Assembly: GCF_036568665.1 (NCBI RefSeq)
Contig: NZ_DATCSD010000313.1
Coordinates: 1,569 to 65,568 of the forward strand
DNA: 64,000 nt
Direction: 5' to 3'
Origin: Ohtaekwangia sp.
Lineage (GTDB): Bacteria > Bacteroidota > Bacteroidia > Cytophagales > Cyclobacteriaceae
Positions 1 through 10,000 of this stretch are shown in pieces. The notes under the pieces are model-generated. The model did no database searches. It saw nothing but the letters and a program-made list of their open reading frames with translations, and had not been told where the DNA came from. The first letter of the stretch is position 1; the number at the start of each line of letters is the position of its first letter. The position numbers were made by a program, and so were the translations under genes.

Positions 1-789
1 GATACCGGTTTGTTCGCTGGCCTGTCGTACACGCGTGAGCAGCATCTGTACCAGGTGATGTTGCAGGCTTGCACAAATATCGTTTATATTCTCCTCTACA
101 AAGTTGGGATTCTTTACTTTTTGATCTCTCAAAAAATACAAGAACGCAGTCTTGATGCCACTAAAAGAAAAGTCGAGCCCAGGCATAACCGTCTCTGAAA
201 ATTTATAGGCCTTCGGATTCCCCAGCTTGGCATACTTGTCTATCAGTGGCCCACCGGGATAAGGCAGTCCCATAATCTTGGCGGCTTTATCAAACGCTTC
301 TCCCACAGCATCATCATGTGTCTGGCCGATCACGTGCATATCCAGATGATCTTTCACCACCACAATCTGTGTATGTCCTCCGCTCACCGTCAGGCAAAGA
401 AACGGAAAGGATGGTTTCGGGTCGTCTATAAAATGTGCCAGCACGTGGGCTTGCATGTGGTTTACCTCTATCAATGGAATGTTCAATGCCATCGCTAAAC
501 CTTTGGCAAACGATACACCCACCAGTAATGCACCCATCAGTCCGGGCCCACGTGTGAACGCTATGGCATCGAGTTCTGTTTTGTGTACGCCCGACTTTTC
601 CATGGCTTCGTTTACTACCGCTACTATGTTTTGCTGGTGAGCACGCGATGCCAGTTCAGGCACCACACCTCCGTATTTTTGGTGCACTGCCTGTGAGGCG
701 ATAATATTATTAAGTACCTTGCCGTTTCGTATAACGGAGGCAGATGTTTCATCGCACGAAGATTCAATGGCAAGGATAACGGGACGCAT
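1..789 (-). CDS. tsaD: tRNA N6-adenosine threonylcarbamoyltransferase TsaD (3' end runs off the window start)
   Basis: Not in the ORF track. Manual reverse translation from ATG at 789 gives MRPVILAIESSCDETSAS...GGVVPELASRAH...EVNHMQAH...LTVSGGHTQ...DDAVGEAFDK...LPYPGGP...FSFSGIKT, the canonical TsaD motifs. Confidence 0.96.
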   Translation of the reverse strand, partial: MRPVILAIESSCDETSASVIRNGKVLNNIIASQAVHQKYGGVVPELASRAHQQNIVAVVNEAMEKSGVHKTELDAIAFTRGPGLMGALLVGVSFAKGLAMALNIPLIEVNHMQAHVLAHFIDDPKPSFPFLCLTVSGGHTQIVVVKDHLDMHVIGQTHDDAVGEAFDKAAKIMGLPYPGGPLIDKYAKLGNPKAYKFSETVMPGLDFSFSGIKTAFLYFLRDQKVKNPNFVEENINDICASLQHHLVQMLLTRVRQASEQTGI

Positions 790-800
790 GTGTTGATAGA

Positions 801-3800
801 ATGAACCGGCAAGTTATCAAAAATAAAATTCGAAAAATACTGGCTTACCTTTTTGCGAGCACAGTCTTCCTGCTTATCTCAGGATTTCTGGTATTGCAGA
901 TGCCGCCCGTACAGAACTGGCTTGCCTCACGCTTTCTGAAAGATTTTACCAAAGTAGTTGGCTTCCGCTCTACGGTAAAGGGTTTTCGTATGCTCTGGTT
1001 CGATCGACTCGAACTCACCGGGGTAAATATCTATGACCTGGAAGGCAACCGGATGATCGGTGCCAAAGAGATCATGATCAACTTCAAGTTGTCGCAGCTT
1101 ATACAGGGCCGCGACATCAACATCGATGGTATTTATGTAGACAGTGCGCATGTATACCTTACCAAGATTCACGAGAGCGATACTTCCCGAAATCTGAACA
1201 TCAATGTATTCATCGATCGGATCAACGAAGGTTATTCTTCCGGATCGGGTGGTACCGGCAAAGCTCCACGCATTAATATAGGGGAAGCCTTTCTCAATCA
1301 AAGTCAGTTTACCTATATCAACCAGGACCGCGACTCTATTCATAACGGTTTCGACTATAATCACTTCTCACTGGCTGTAGACGAAGGTCACCTGAACAGC
1401 TTTGTGGTGCTGGGCGATACCACGGAGTTCCAGGTAAGTACACTGATCGCGCAAGACCTCAAGACTAAATTTACGGTTAAGCAACTGTCAACGTTCTTTC
1501 GCATTTCGCAGTTAGGCATGGAGTTTACAGGACTCAACGCACAGGCTGGTGAAAGCACTATATCAGATACGATCATCTTCCGCTACAATGCTCAACGAGA
1601 CCTCAATGATTTTGTTGATAAGGTAAAGATCCATGCGAATCTGACGAACACGATCATCGATCCGAAAGATCTCGACCTGTTTGCTCCGGGTGTGCATCGT
1701 ATCACACAGCCCCTCAAACTCAGCGGTATATTTAATGGCCGCGTAGATAAATTCAAGCTCAGTAAAATGCAGCTCGGTATAGGCAACACAAGTTTGAATG
1801 GTTCGCTGGATATGGAAGGGTTGCCCAACTTTAATGAAACGTTCATTAACCTGAACATGAACAATTCGAAGTTCGATCCGCGCGACCTCGCCTTTCTTTT
1901 CAACGATCGTACACTCGACAGGCTTCGTCCATTAGGTATACTTAATATGCACGGGCAGTTTCTGGGTTACCCGACTGACTTTGTTGCCAATGGTACATTC
2001 TCGGGCAAGCTGGGTATTATACGTTCGGATATAAACCTGAAAGTAAATGAAGAGAACATCGACTACTCGGTATATAAAGGAAAGATATCACTGTCGTCCT
2101 TTGATCTCGGCACCTACCTGAACGATACTGCGTTTTACCAACGCGTAACGCTTGACGGGCAAGTGAGCGGTAAAGGACTGACACAGCGCACTGCCGACTT
2201 CCTGTTGAATGGCAAGATCAGTTCGATCGGTATAAAAGGATATAACTATACCAACATTACTACCGATGCGCGTTTTGCTACCGGCTTGTTCCGCGGATTG
2301 GTAAAGATCAATGACCCGAATCTTGAATTGACGGTGCGCGGTTCGATGGACTTGCGTGACGAACGAAACGAGATACGTTTTCAGGCACAGCTTGATACGG
2401 CATACCTGCATCGCCTGAAGTTATCGAAAGATAGTCTCTTCATTCACGCTATAGCGGAAGCCGACTTTCAGGGATTAACGCTCGACTCACTCAAAGGTAC
2501 TGCTCACCTGCGTGACCTTGTAGTACTCTATAAGGACAAGTGGCTTTCATTAAACGATGTGCAGGTTGACGCCCAGCGCGACCGTGGTAACAGGCTTTTC
2601 AAAGTACAATCTACTCTCGTTGATCTGGAAGCACGCGGTAATTATTATTACTCCGATATATCTTCGGATGTACAGTTACTGATAAAGGAAATCCTCCTCA
2701 ACATCCGAAACGACAAGCATGAGATTGCTGAGTATTATAGTCAGAAAGCACGCAGACCGAAAACATACGAAGCGCGCATCTCGGTTGATCTGAAAAATAT
2801 TACACCCATTGCCGAACTGTTCAATGCGGATGTACACTTATCGCCCAACACAAGGTTCGATGGTAAATTTACCAGCGGCCGCACTACGATCTTTAATATA
2901 TACTCACAGTTCGATTCGCTGAAGTATGAAGGAAAAACCTTTGTGAAATCGGCTGTAGAACTTACCGTATCTAAAATTACTGATAGCACGAGCGTACTCT
3001 CCATGCTCACGATCAATTCGGATAAACAACTGCTGAGTAAAAATCTGCAGACAAAGAATTTACTCGCAGAAGCTATCTGGAACAGAAACCATATTGATTT
3101 CTCGCTGGATGCTGATCATGACGGCCAATCAAACTATATACGCCTGCAGGGAGATGTTGATTTTCAGAAAGACAGTACGGTAATATCAATGCATCCATCG
3201 GAACTGCAACTGCTGGAACGCAAGTGGCACTTTAGCGATAACAACTATATATCGGTGCGCGGCAGTGACTGGGGATTTTCAAATCTTGCACTGATGAACG
3301 ATCAGCAGTCGATTAAAGTAGATGGTATGATATCGCAAGACCCATCGAAGATTATTACCCTTACCATCGACAATCTCGAGCTGTCGCTCTTTAATGTACT
3401 GACGAATAAAAAAATAAAAGGCATTACCGATGCCGATATCAACATGAGTAACTACTACAAGAAGCCGGTTATTCAAAACGACATCAGCATTCGGGAGTTT
3501 ACGGTGGATGATTTCCTGGTGGGCGACATCATGGGTAAAAATCATTGGGATACGCTGGATCACAAGCTCGACATAAATATGTATGTAGACCGGATGGGAA
3601 CTCGCATTGTTAACCTCACAGGCGATTACAATCCTTCGCGTGCAGACAGTCCGTTGAACATTACAGCTAACCTGGATAAAGCCGAGCTAAAGATTGTGCA
3701 GCCATTCCTTGAAGAATTTTTCACGCACATCGATGGTACTGTTTCCGGAGCGTTCAGCATTACCGGTCAACTGAATGAACCCGAGATTCGTGGCGAAGGT

Positions 3801-5402
3801 AAAGTGGCTGACGGGCAGATCATGATCAACTACCTGAAAACGCTATATCGCTTTACCGGCATCATTGGCCTCACGCCTACTTCTATATTCTTTAAGGACA
3901 TTGAGCTTACCGATATACTTCGCAACAAAGGAAAGTTAAACGGTGCTATCACACATCGCAACTTCTATAGCATGGGTATAAACATGAAAGCGGAGTTTAA
4001 AAATTTCCAGGTACTTAACACAGCCATGAAAGATAACAGTCTCTTCTACGGGCAGGCGTATGCCACGGGCGATGTAAGCTTCACCGGTCCGCTCAGCAAC
4101 CTGGAGATTTCATCCAACGTCCGCACAGAAAAAAATACGCATATATATATACCGCTCAGCGGTTCATCTTCTGTTGATAAAAAAGAGTTTATCACCTTCG
4201 TCAATTTCAAGGATACAACCTTTACCAAAACCGTAAATCATCCGGTTACCAAAAAAGTTAATATTACCGGTTTATCATTCAACCTCAACCTCGATGTAAC
4301 ACCTGATGCCTATTGCGAGATCATCTTCGATATGAAGTCGGGCGACATCATTCGTGGTCGCGGTGTAGGAGATCTTCGTCTGCAGCTCGATACAAAAGGA
4401 GAGTTCAATATGTTTGGTCCGTTCGAGTTCACCGAAGGGTTCTACAACTTTACACTATACGATATCATCAACAAAGAATTTATTATCAAGAAAGGAAGTC
4501 GCATTACCTGGTATGGCGATCCATACAAAGCCACGGTAGATATAGACGCAACCTATAATCAGTTAGCATCATTCGCCCCGCTGGTAGCGATGAACGATCC
4601 TTCTATAAAACTTTCGGAAGCACCACAATTACAACGCCGTTACCCGGTAATGGTATTACTCTCGCTCGATGGACCAATGCTGGCACCCGAGATAAATTTT
4701 GATATAGTAGCAAAAGACCTTCCGAAGAACGTAACCTCTAACTCCGGCCAGGTATATAATCTCGACCTGTTGTTTACCGCCTTCAAGAATAAACTGGATG
4801 AACAGGAATTGAAGCGACAGGTATTCAGTCTCATTGTACTGCGCAAGTTCTCTCCGGCCGAAGCGTTGAGCACCAGCGGGTCCGTTGTAAACAGTCTCAG
4901 CGAATTATTCTCCAATCAACTCAGCCACTGGATGAGCCAGGTGGATGAAGACCTCGTGGTAGATGTAGATATAGGGTCTATGGATGCCGAGAGCTTTAAT
5001 ACATTTCAGTTGCGTATGTCCTATACATTCCTCAACGGTCGCTTGCGCGTAACCGGTGATGGAACCTATAATAATATGAACTCCGCCACGAGCAACGCCA
5101 CGCAACAGAACCCTTCGAGTCTTGCAGGTGACTGGACGGTTGACTATATGTTAACGGCCGATGGCAAGCTGCGGGTAAAGATGTATAGTCGCACCAACGT
5201 AAACCCTATACTTAGCTCGGTTAATAACCAGACGGCTATGACTACGGGGGCGAGTCTCATTCACACACAAAGCTTCAATGAGATACGCGACCTCTGGGTA
5301 TCGGAACGGAAGAAACGCAAGAAGCAGCAACAATCCGAAGAACAGAAACCCGATGCTAACAAAGATGCAATCAAGGAAGAAGAAGGCGATGGTACGGAGT
5401 AA
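801..5402 (+). CDS. tamB: TamB/AsmA-like translocation and assembly module protein (1533 aa)
   Basis: N-terminal membrane anchor, long beta-rich body, and a C-terminal region typical of Bacteroidota TamB-domain proteins (GDIIRGRG.GDL.L...GEFNMFG; LNGRLRVTG; DGKLRVKMYSRTN). Confidence 0.8.
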   Translation: MNRQVIKNKIRKILAYLFASTVFLLISGFLVLQMPPVQNWLASRFLKDFTKVVGFRSTVKGFRMLWFDRLELTGVNIYDLEGNRMIGAKEIMINFKLSQLIQGRDINIDGIYVDSAHVYLTKIHESDTSRNLNINVFIDRINEGYSSGSGGTGKAPRINIGEAFLNQSQFTYINQDRDSIHNGFDYNHFSLAVDEGHLNSFVVLGDTTEFQVSTLIAQDLKTKFTVKQLSTFFRISQLGMEFTGLNAQAGESTISDTIIFRYNAQRDLNDFVDKVKIHANLTNTIIDPKDLDLFAPGVHRITQPLKLSGIFNGRVDKFKLSKMQLGIGNTSLNGSLDMEGLPNFNETFINLNMNNSKFDPRDLAFLFNDRTLDRLRPLGILNMHGQFLGYPTDFVANGTFSGKLGIIRSDINLKVNEENIDYSVYKGKISLSSFDLGTYLNDTAFYQRVTLDGQVSGKGLTQRTADFLLNGKISSIGIKGYNYTNITTDARFATGLFRGLVKINDPNLELTVRGSMDLRDERNEIRFQAQLDTAYLHRLKLSKDSLFIHAIAEADFQGLTLDSLKGTAHLRDLVVLYKDKWLSLNDVQVDAQRDRGNRLFKVQSTLVDLEARGNYYYSDISSDVQLLIKEILLNIRNDKHEIAEYYSQKARRPKTYEARISVDLKNITPIAELFNADVHLSPNTRFDGKFTSGRTTIFNIYSQFDSLKYEGKTFVKSAVELTVSKITDSTSVLSMLTINSDKQLLSKNLQTKNLLAEAIWNRNHIDFSLDADHDGQSNYIRLQGDVDFQKDSTVISMHPSELQLLERKWHFSDNNYISVRGSDWGFSNLALMNDQQSIKVDGMISQDPSKIITLTIDNLELSLFNVLTNKKIKGITDADINMSNYYKKPVIQNDISIREFTVDDFLVGDIMGKNHWDTLDHKLDINMYVDRMGTRIVNLTGDYNPSRADSPLNITANLDKAELKIVQPFLEEFFTHIDGTVSGAFSITGQLNEPEIRGEGKVADGQIMINYLKTLYRFTGIIGLTPTSIFFKDIELTDILRNKGKLNGAITHRNFYSMGINMKAEFKNFQVLNTAMKDNSLFYGQAYATGDVSFTGPLSNLEISSNVRTEKNTHIYIPLSGSSSVDKKEFITFVNFKDTTFTKTVNHPVTKKVNITGLSFNLNLDVTPDAYCEIIFDMKSGDIIRGRGVGDLRLQLDTKGEFNMFGPFEFTEGFYNFTLYDIINKEFIIKKGSRITWYGDPYKATVDIDATYNQLASFAPLVAMNDPSIKLSEAPQLQRRYPVMVLLSLDGPMLAPEINFDIVAKDLPKNVTSNSGQVYNLDLLFTAFKNKLDEQELKRQVFSLIVLRKFSPAEALSTSGSVVNSLSELFSNQLSHWMSQVDEDLVVDVDIGSMDAESFNTFQLRMSYTFLNGRLRVTGDGTYNNMNSATSNATQQNPSSLAGDWTVDYMLTADGKLRVKMYSRTNVNPILSSVNNQTAMTTGASLIHTQSFNEIRDLWVSERKKRKKQQQSEEQKPDANKDAIKEEEGDGTE

Positions 5403-6264
5403 ATGGATCGCGATCTTTTTGTTAGCTCCTTCCCTGTTGTTGGCGCAATCTGATTCTATACCGGCCGTTAACAAAAAACGACTGCGTGCCTTTACCATTA
5501 CTTCTATTGCGGGCTATAGCGCAGCATTAACAGGTTTAAATTATCTCTGGTATAAAGATTCAAACCGCGAATCGTTTCACTTCTTTAACGATAACGCAGA
5601 GTGGAAACAAGTAGACAAGATTGGTCATTTTTACTCAGCATTTTACCTGAGCTATGGTACATCGCGCGGTTTGCAGTGGAGCCGTATGCCGGCACGCAAG
5701 GCCGATCTTATAGGAGCGCTCGCAGGCTTTGCTGTATTGGTACCCGTAGAGATCTTCGATGGATTCTCGGATGAATACGGTGCCTCTACAGGCGATCTTA
5801 TTGCTGATGCTGCGGGAGCTGCCTTCTATCTCGGACAAACGCGACTATGGAATGAAGTACGTATATACCCGAAGTTCTCCTTTCATCGCACAGGCTATGC
5901 GCCACAGCGTCCGGATCTTTTAGGCGAAGGATTATCGGGCGAGATACTCAAAGACTATAACGGCCAAACGTATTGGTTCTCGGCAGATATGGATAAGTTT
6001 ATGCGCTTTCCGAAATGGCTGAATATAGCCGTGGGCTATGGTGCGCAAGGTATGCTATATGCCCGCGATAATCAGAATATAGCAGCCGGCTATGCGCCAC
6101 CTTATCGACAATATTACCTGGCGCTCGACTTCGATCTCTCGGCTATCAAGACCCGCTCGAAGGTTGTGAAGACACTCATCTTTATTGCCAACATGGTAAA
6201 GTTACCGGCCCCCACAGTGGAGTTCTCATCGCATGGTACGCGGTTCCACGCCTTTTATTTTTAA
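5389..6264 (+). CDS. DUF2279/YfiM-like protein
   Basis: WY, FHFFNDNAEWKQVDKIGH, EIFDG, GAS.GD..A, PKFS, LKDYNGQTYW, WLNIAVGYGA, RQYYLALD motifs. The likely start is ATG 5389 (signal-like MVRSKWIAIFLL), overlapping the tamB end by 14 nt, rather than 5278. Confidence 0.75.
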   Translation: MVRSKWIAIFLLAPSLLLAQSDSIPAVNKKRLRAFTITSIAGYSAALTGLNYLWYKDSNRESFHFFNDNAEWKQVDKIGHFYSAFYLSYGTSRGLQWSRMPARKADLIGALAGFAVLVPVEIFDGFSDEYGASTGDLIADAAGAAFYLGQTRLWNEVRIYPKFSFHRTGYAPQRPDLLGEGLSGEILKDYNGQTYWFSADMDKFMRFPKWLNIAVGYGAQGMLYARDNQNIAAGYAPPYRQYYLALDFDLSAIKTRSKVVKTLIFIANMVKLPAPTVEFSSHGTRFHAFYF

Positions 6265-6371
6265 CGGCTCTGCCTGCTTCCAGGCGCTGTTACCAAATGA
6301 TTTACAGTTGTTTGATTCTAAATGCGCCAACTATTTTCTAACTTCCGGTATTAACCCTAATCTCACTGTTT

Positions 6372-6785
6372 ATGGTAGCAACATTACCCGGCATTATGTA
6401 TTATGTTGAGCAATACGCTGAACATATTGGAGGCCAGTACACCGACTATGATCACACCCGTTCTGTGATCGTTGTACCGTTAAATTCCAGTCGCTTTCAA
6501 ACTGTATTGGCAAGTGTACAGATCAGTCCTGTCTCCGGTCGTGAGCAGGCGCTCTTCACATCGAAAGTATGTGAGTTCTCTCCATCCCTTGATCTGAAGG
6601 CATTGCTTGAACGAAATGCAAGCTTTGATTACAGCAAATTTATTCTCGAAGACGGCTATCTGAAAGTGGAATCTTCCTGCCTCGCAGAAACTGTATCGGA
6701 AGAACAGGTTCGCGAAATGATCCAGGAAGTAGCACAACTGGCAGATCACTATGAGATGAAGCTCACGGGCAAAGACATTCATTAG
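6372..6785 (+). CDS. Hypothetical protein, YbjN/T3SS-chaperone-like fold
   Basis: 137 aa. The pattern R.QTV, SKVCE, LLERNA...YSKF, EMIQEVAQLADHYE resembles the YbjN-like chaperone fold. Confidence 0.5.
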   Translation: MVATLPGIMYYVEQYAEHIGGQYTDYDHTRSVIVVPLNSSRFQTVLASVQISPVSGREQALFTSKVCEFSPSLDLKALLERNASFDYSKFILEDGYLKVESSCLAETVSEEQVREMIQEVAQLADHYEMKLTGKDIH

Positions 6786-6801
6786 TCGTTGGCCGTGAAT
6801 C

Positions 6802-7072
6802 GTTATCCGTTAATGGTTACTCGTTAAGAGTGGATCGTTATACGTCTGAAGAATACGCTGTAAAAAAGAAACCTCGAAGTTATTTGCTTCGAGGTTTCTT
6901 TTTTGTGCTATACTATATATCTGCTTCTGTTAACGACTCACGGATAACGAATAACCATTAACGGATAACAGAAAACCGAATATCGAACAAGGAACACCGA
7001 TCAACGAATAATGAAGTATAAATGCCGCCTTCTAACGAATAACCGTTAACTGATAACGATTAACGATAACTA
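6802..7072. repeat. Degenerate 7-nt-period repeat arrays in inverted orientation around the terminator
   Basis: 6945-7014 holds ten consecutive heptamers (TAACGAA TAACCAT TAACGGA TAACAGA AAACCGA...) and 7033-7072 holds about five more. 6802-6826 is a 24/25 reverse complement of 6945-6969. Confidence 0.8.
6862..6904. terminator. Bidirectional intrinsic terminator
   Basis: Perfect 18-bp inverted repeat AAAAAAGAAACCTCGAAG / CTTCGAGGTTTCTTTTTT with a 7-nt loop, between convergent genes. Confidence 0.9.
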
Positions 7073-7078
7073 AATCCG

Positions 7079-10000
7079 TTACTTCTTCACAAATCGCGCT
7101 ACCTGTCCCTTCTGATTCTTCACCAGGTATACACCTGCAGGAAGTTTGCTCACGTCTACATTCTTCACACCATCGGCTTTCATAACAATTACATCGAGGC
7201 TGCTGATGATCACGACATTTGCTTTTTGATTGAAATATAGTGTTTCATTGCCAACCGGGTTGGGATATAGCGTAAATGCCGGGTCCGCTGTTCCTTTACG
7301 GGTCAGCGATGTTATCCACGATGCTGATTTACCATCAAAGTCGGTTTGTGTTAAGCGATAGTATGATAATCCGGGATACGGTTCTTCATCAACAAAATTA
7401 TAGGTCTTGCGAATGGTAGAGTTACCGGCTCCATCAATAGTCGTTATATATTCAAAATCCAACCCGGTAGATGAGCGCTCCAGCGTAAAGTAATCGTTGT
7501 TGATCTCGGTGTCTACAATCCAGTTAACCAAAGCAGTTGCTCCGTTGTCTTGTGCCCAGAATTTTTCGAGTGTTATCGGCAGTGGATTGGTTGGCGCTGT
7601 CGATGCCAACGTAAACGGACTAAAGCTGGTAACAGCAGCCGAGGTTGGTATAGTGCCGTTGGAAGTAGAACCACTAGCCCCACCGTTGCCATGACTTACC
7701 CATCCTGTACCATTCCAGCGTGCTACACGCAGGTCTGCCAGGTTTGTTATATACCCGGCACCACCGCAGGCATTTTCATTCCAGCTTAATGTAACCACTA
7801 CGTTAGAGCCACCGGCTGCACGATCCAGTATCCAATATTCACAACCGCTTACCGTATAGAAGCTCGGATCCCAGGTAGCTTTACCACCATACGTCTGGCC
7901 AGTGAGAAAATATTGCGCAGTAAATTGCGATGATGCGGCAGGTGCAGCAATAGATATAGGTCTGTAATAATTACCGGCTCCTACCGGGAATGTAAATGCT
8001 GTCGTACCCGTCTTCCGCACCGGGCCATTTACATAGCTGTTGTTATTTGCACCACTCACAGATGTACCCGCAGGGAACAGCAGTAATGCCGTGGATGAAC
8101 TGTTAAGTATACCTGAAGTAAAGGTAGCACTCGCGCCAATACTGATGTCTGTATTAAGTGTAACGGTGTTGGAAGTTTTGTTCATCACCAAACGTTGAAA
8201 TACAGGCGTAACAGAGCCTGCTGTTTTACTGATAGCCTGTGCGTTGCTTCCGGTTGTTTGTATAATGCCGGTTCCCCCACCCAACGTTAAGGTTGTTGTA
8301 CTGTTGATCGTGATATCGCCAGCAAAATTGTTGGTTTGATTATAGGCTGGTAAAAATGCTCCGCTTGATAGTTTGGAAAATGTTACCGCACCATTATAGG
8401 TATCGCCTGTTCCGTTTGCCAACAGCCATTGCGCTGTACTGTTGTTGATCAGCACCGTAGTTCCGTTAAAGGTGTTACCTCCGCTGGAAGTATTGGTAGT
8501 GACACCATTCTTCTGTACAGTAGCCGCACCGTTGAATGTAGCTCCGTTCAGCAACACCTGAGGCGATGTAGCCGTAACATCGCCATTGAACTGTACAGTA
8601 GGACCAAGCTGAAGTAATGCCGAACCCGTAAGTATAACATTCTGCGCGGTGCTTCCGGCTTGTGTAAAGCGTTGCATCCACAACGTTCCGGTTGTGAAAC
8701 CAGTAGCTCCCACCGATATCGTTTTACCACTTGCAAGAGTAGCCGAACCGGATGTGTTTTCGCAGAAATATACTCCTGTGCCGGATGTACTGTTCACCGC
8801 TATATTTCCGTTGAATGCGTTGCTTCCTGAAAAAGCAGAGCGGATATACCCGGTTCCGGTGTTAGTCAGCGTTACATCACCATTGTAAGTACTGGCCGAC
8901 AACAGTTCCAGCAGTATGGTGCTTGAACCACTGCTTATCAAAGTAGCCGTACCATTAAATGTATTGTTACCGTTAGTATATAATTGAGCACTGCTGCTGT
9001 TTGTAATGATAGCACTGCCTCCAAAAGTATTATTTCCTAAACCTGTATTGTTAGTGGCTCCGTATTTTTCGAGCAATGTAGTAGCCCCGTTGTAGCTGCA
9101 TCCATCCAGGTATAATTGAGAGCCTTTAAAATCAACATTCCCATCAAAGCTTGAGGCTGGCCCTACGCGTAATATAGATGCGACATTCAAAGTCTGTGCA
9201 GTGCTACCGGTTTGCGTAAAGCGTGCGAGGCGCAATTCACCGGAAGTAAACCCGGAAGCACCAATAGCGATGGTCTTTCCTGCAGCAAGCGTAGATGTAC
9301 CACCGTTCGATCCGAAATATACTCCACTCCCCGATGTTGCATTCACCGTAATGTTTCCATTATATACTGTACCCGCTACGTTGTCAGACAACAATATATA
9401 GGATGCCGTGCTGTTGTTATTCAGTGTAAGATCATTATTGAATGAATCGAGTGTAGTAACCCCGGAGCGTAACCATCCGCTGCCAGAGTTGGTCAAGGTA
9501 GTTACACCATTGAAGATATTGCTTCCGTTACTGTCATCGTTAGTAGCACCGGTCTTTTCGAGCAGCGTCACACCATTGTAAGTACATCCGTTCAAAAATA
9601 AACGTGGCGCTTTGAAATTAACATTACCATTAAACGTAGATGTAGGCCCGAGATATAGCGAGCTTGTTCCCGTTAATGTAAGACTTTGAGGCGTTGTTCC
9701 CAGCTGAGTAAAGTGTATCAGACTGAGTCTTCCTGTGGTAAGTCCGCTGCTGCCAACCGAAATAGTTTTCGTGTCAGCCAGTGTAGCCGTACCGGTACTT
9801 TCGCAGAAAAATATACCGGTTCCTCCTGTTGAGTTCACCACTATATTTCCACCAAAGGTGTTTGTTCCTAAATATCCGATGCGAATAGAAGAAGAACCGG
9901 TATTAGTAAAGGTAACGTCATTGTTATACGTACCACCGGAGTAACGCTCCAGGAGTATATCAGCCGAACCACTGTTGATGATCGAAGTAACACCGTTAAA

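Noticed and set aside
5278-5388. Extended N-termini in the ORF track (also 13528-13611, 50455-50478, 54002-54049)
   Set aside because: Downstream ATGs give proper signal-peptide or domain starts and avoid long overlaps.
6786-7078. Possible CRISPR array (also considered for 18009-18200)
   Set aside because: Units are 7-8 nt and degenerate with no unique spacers, and there are no cas genes.
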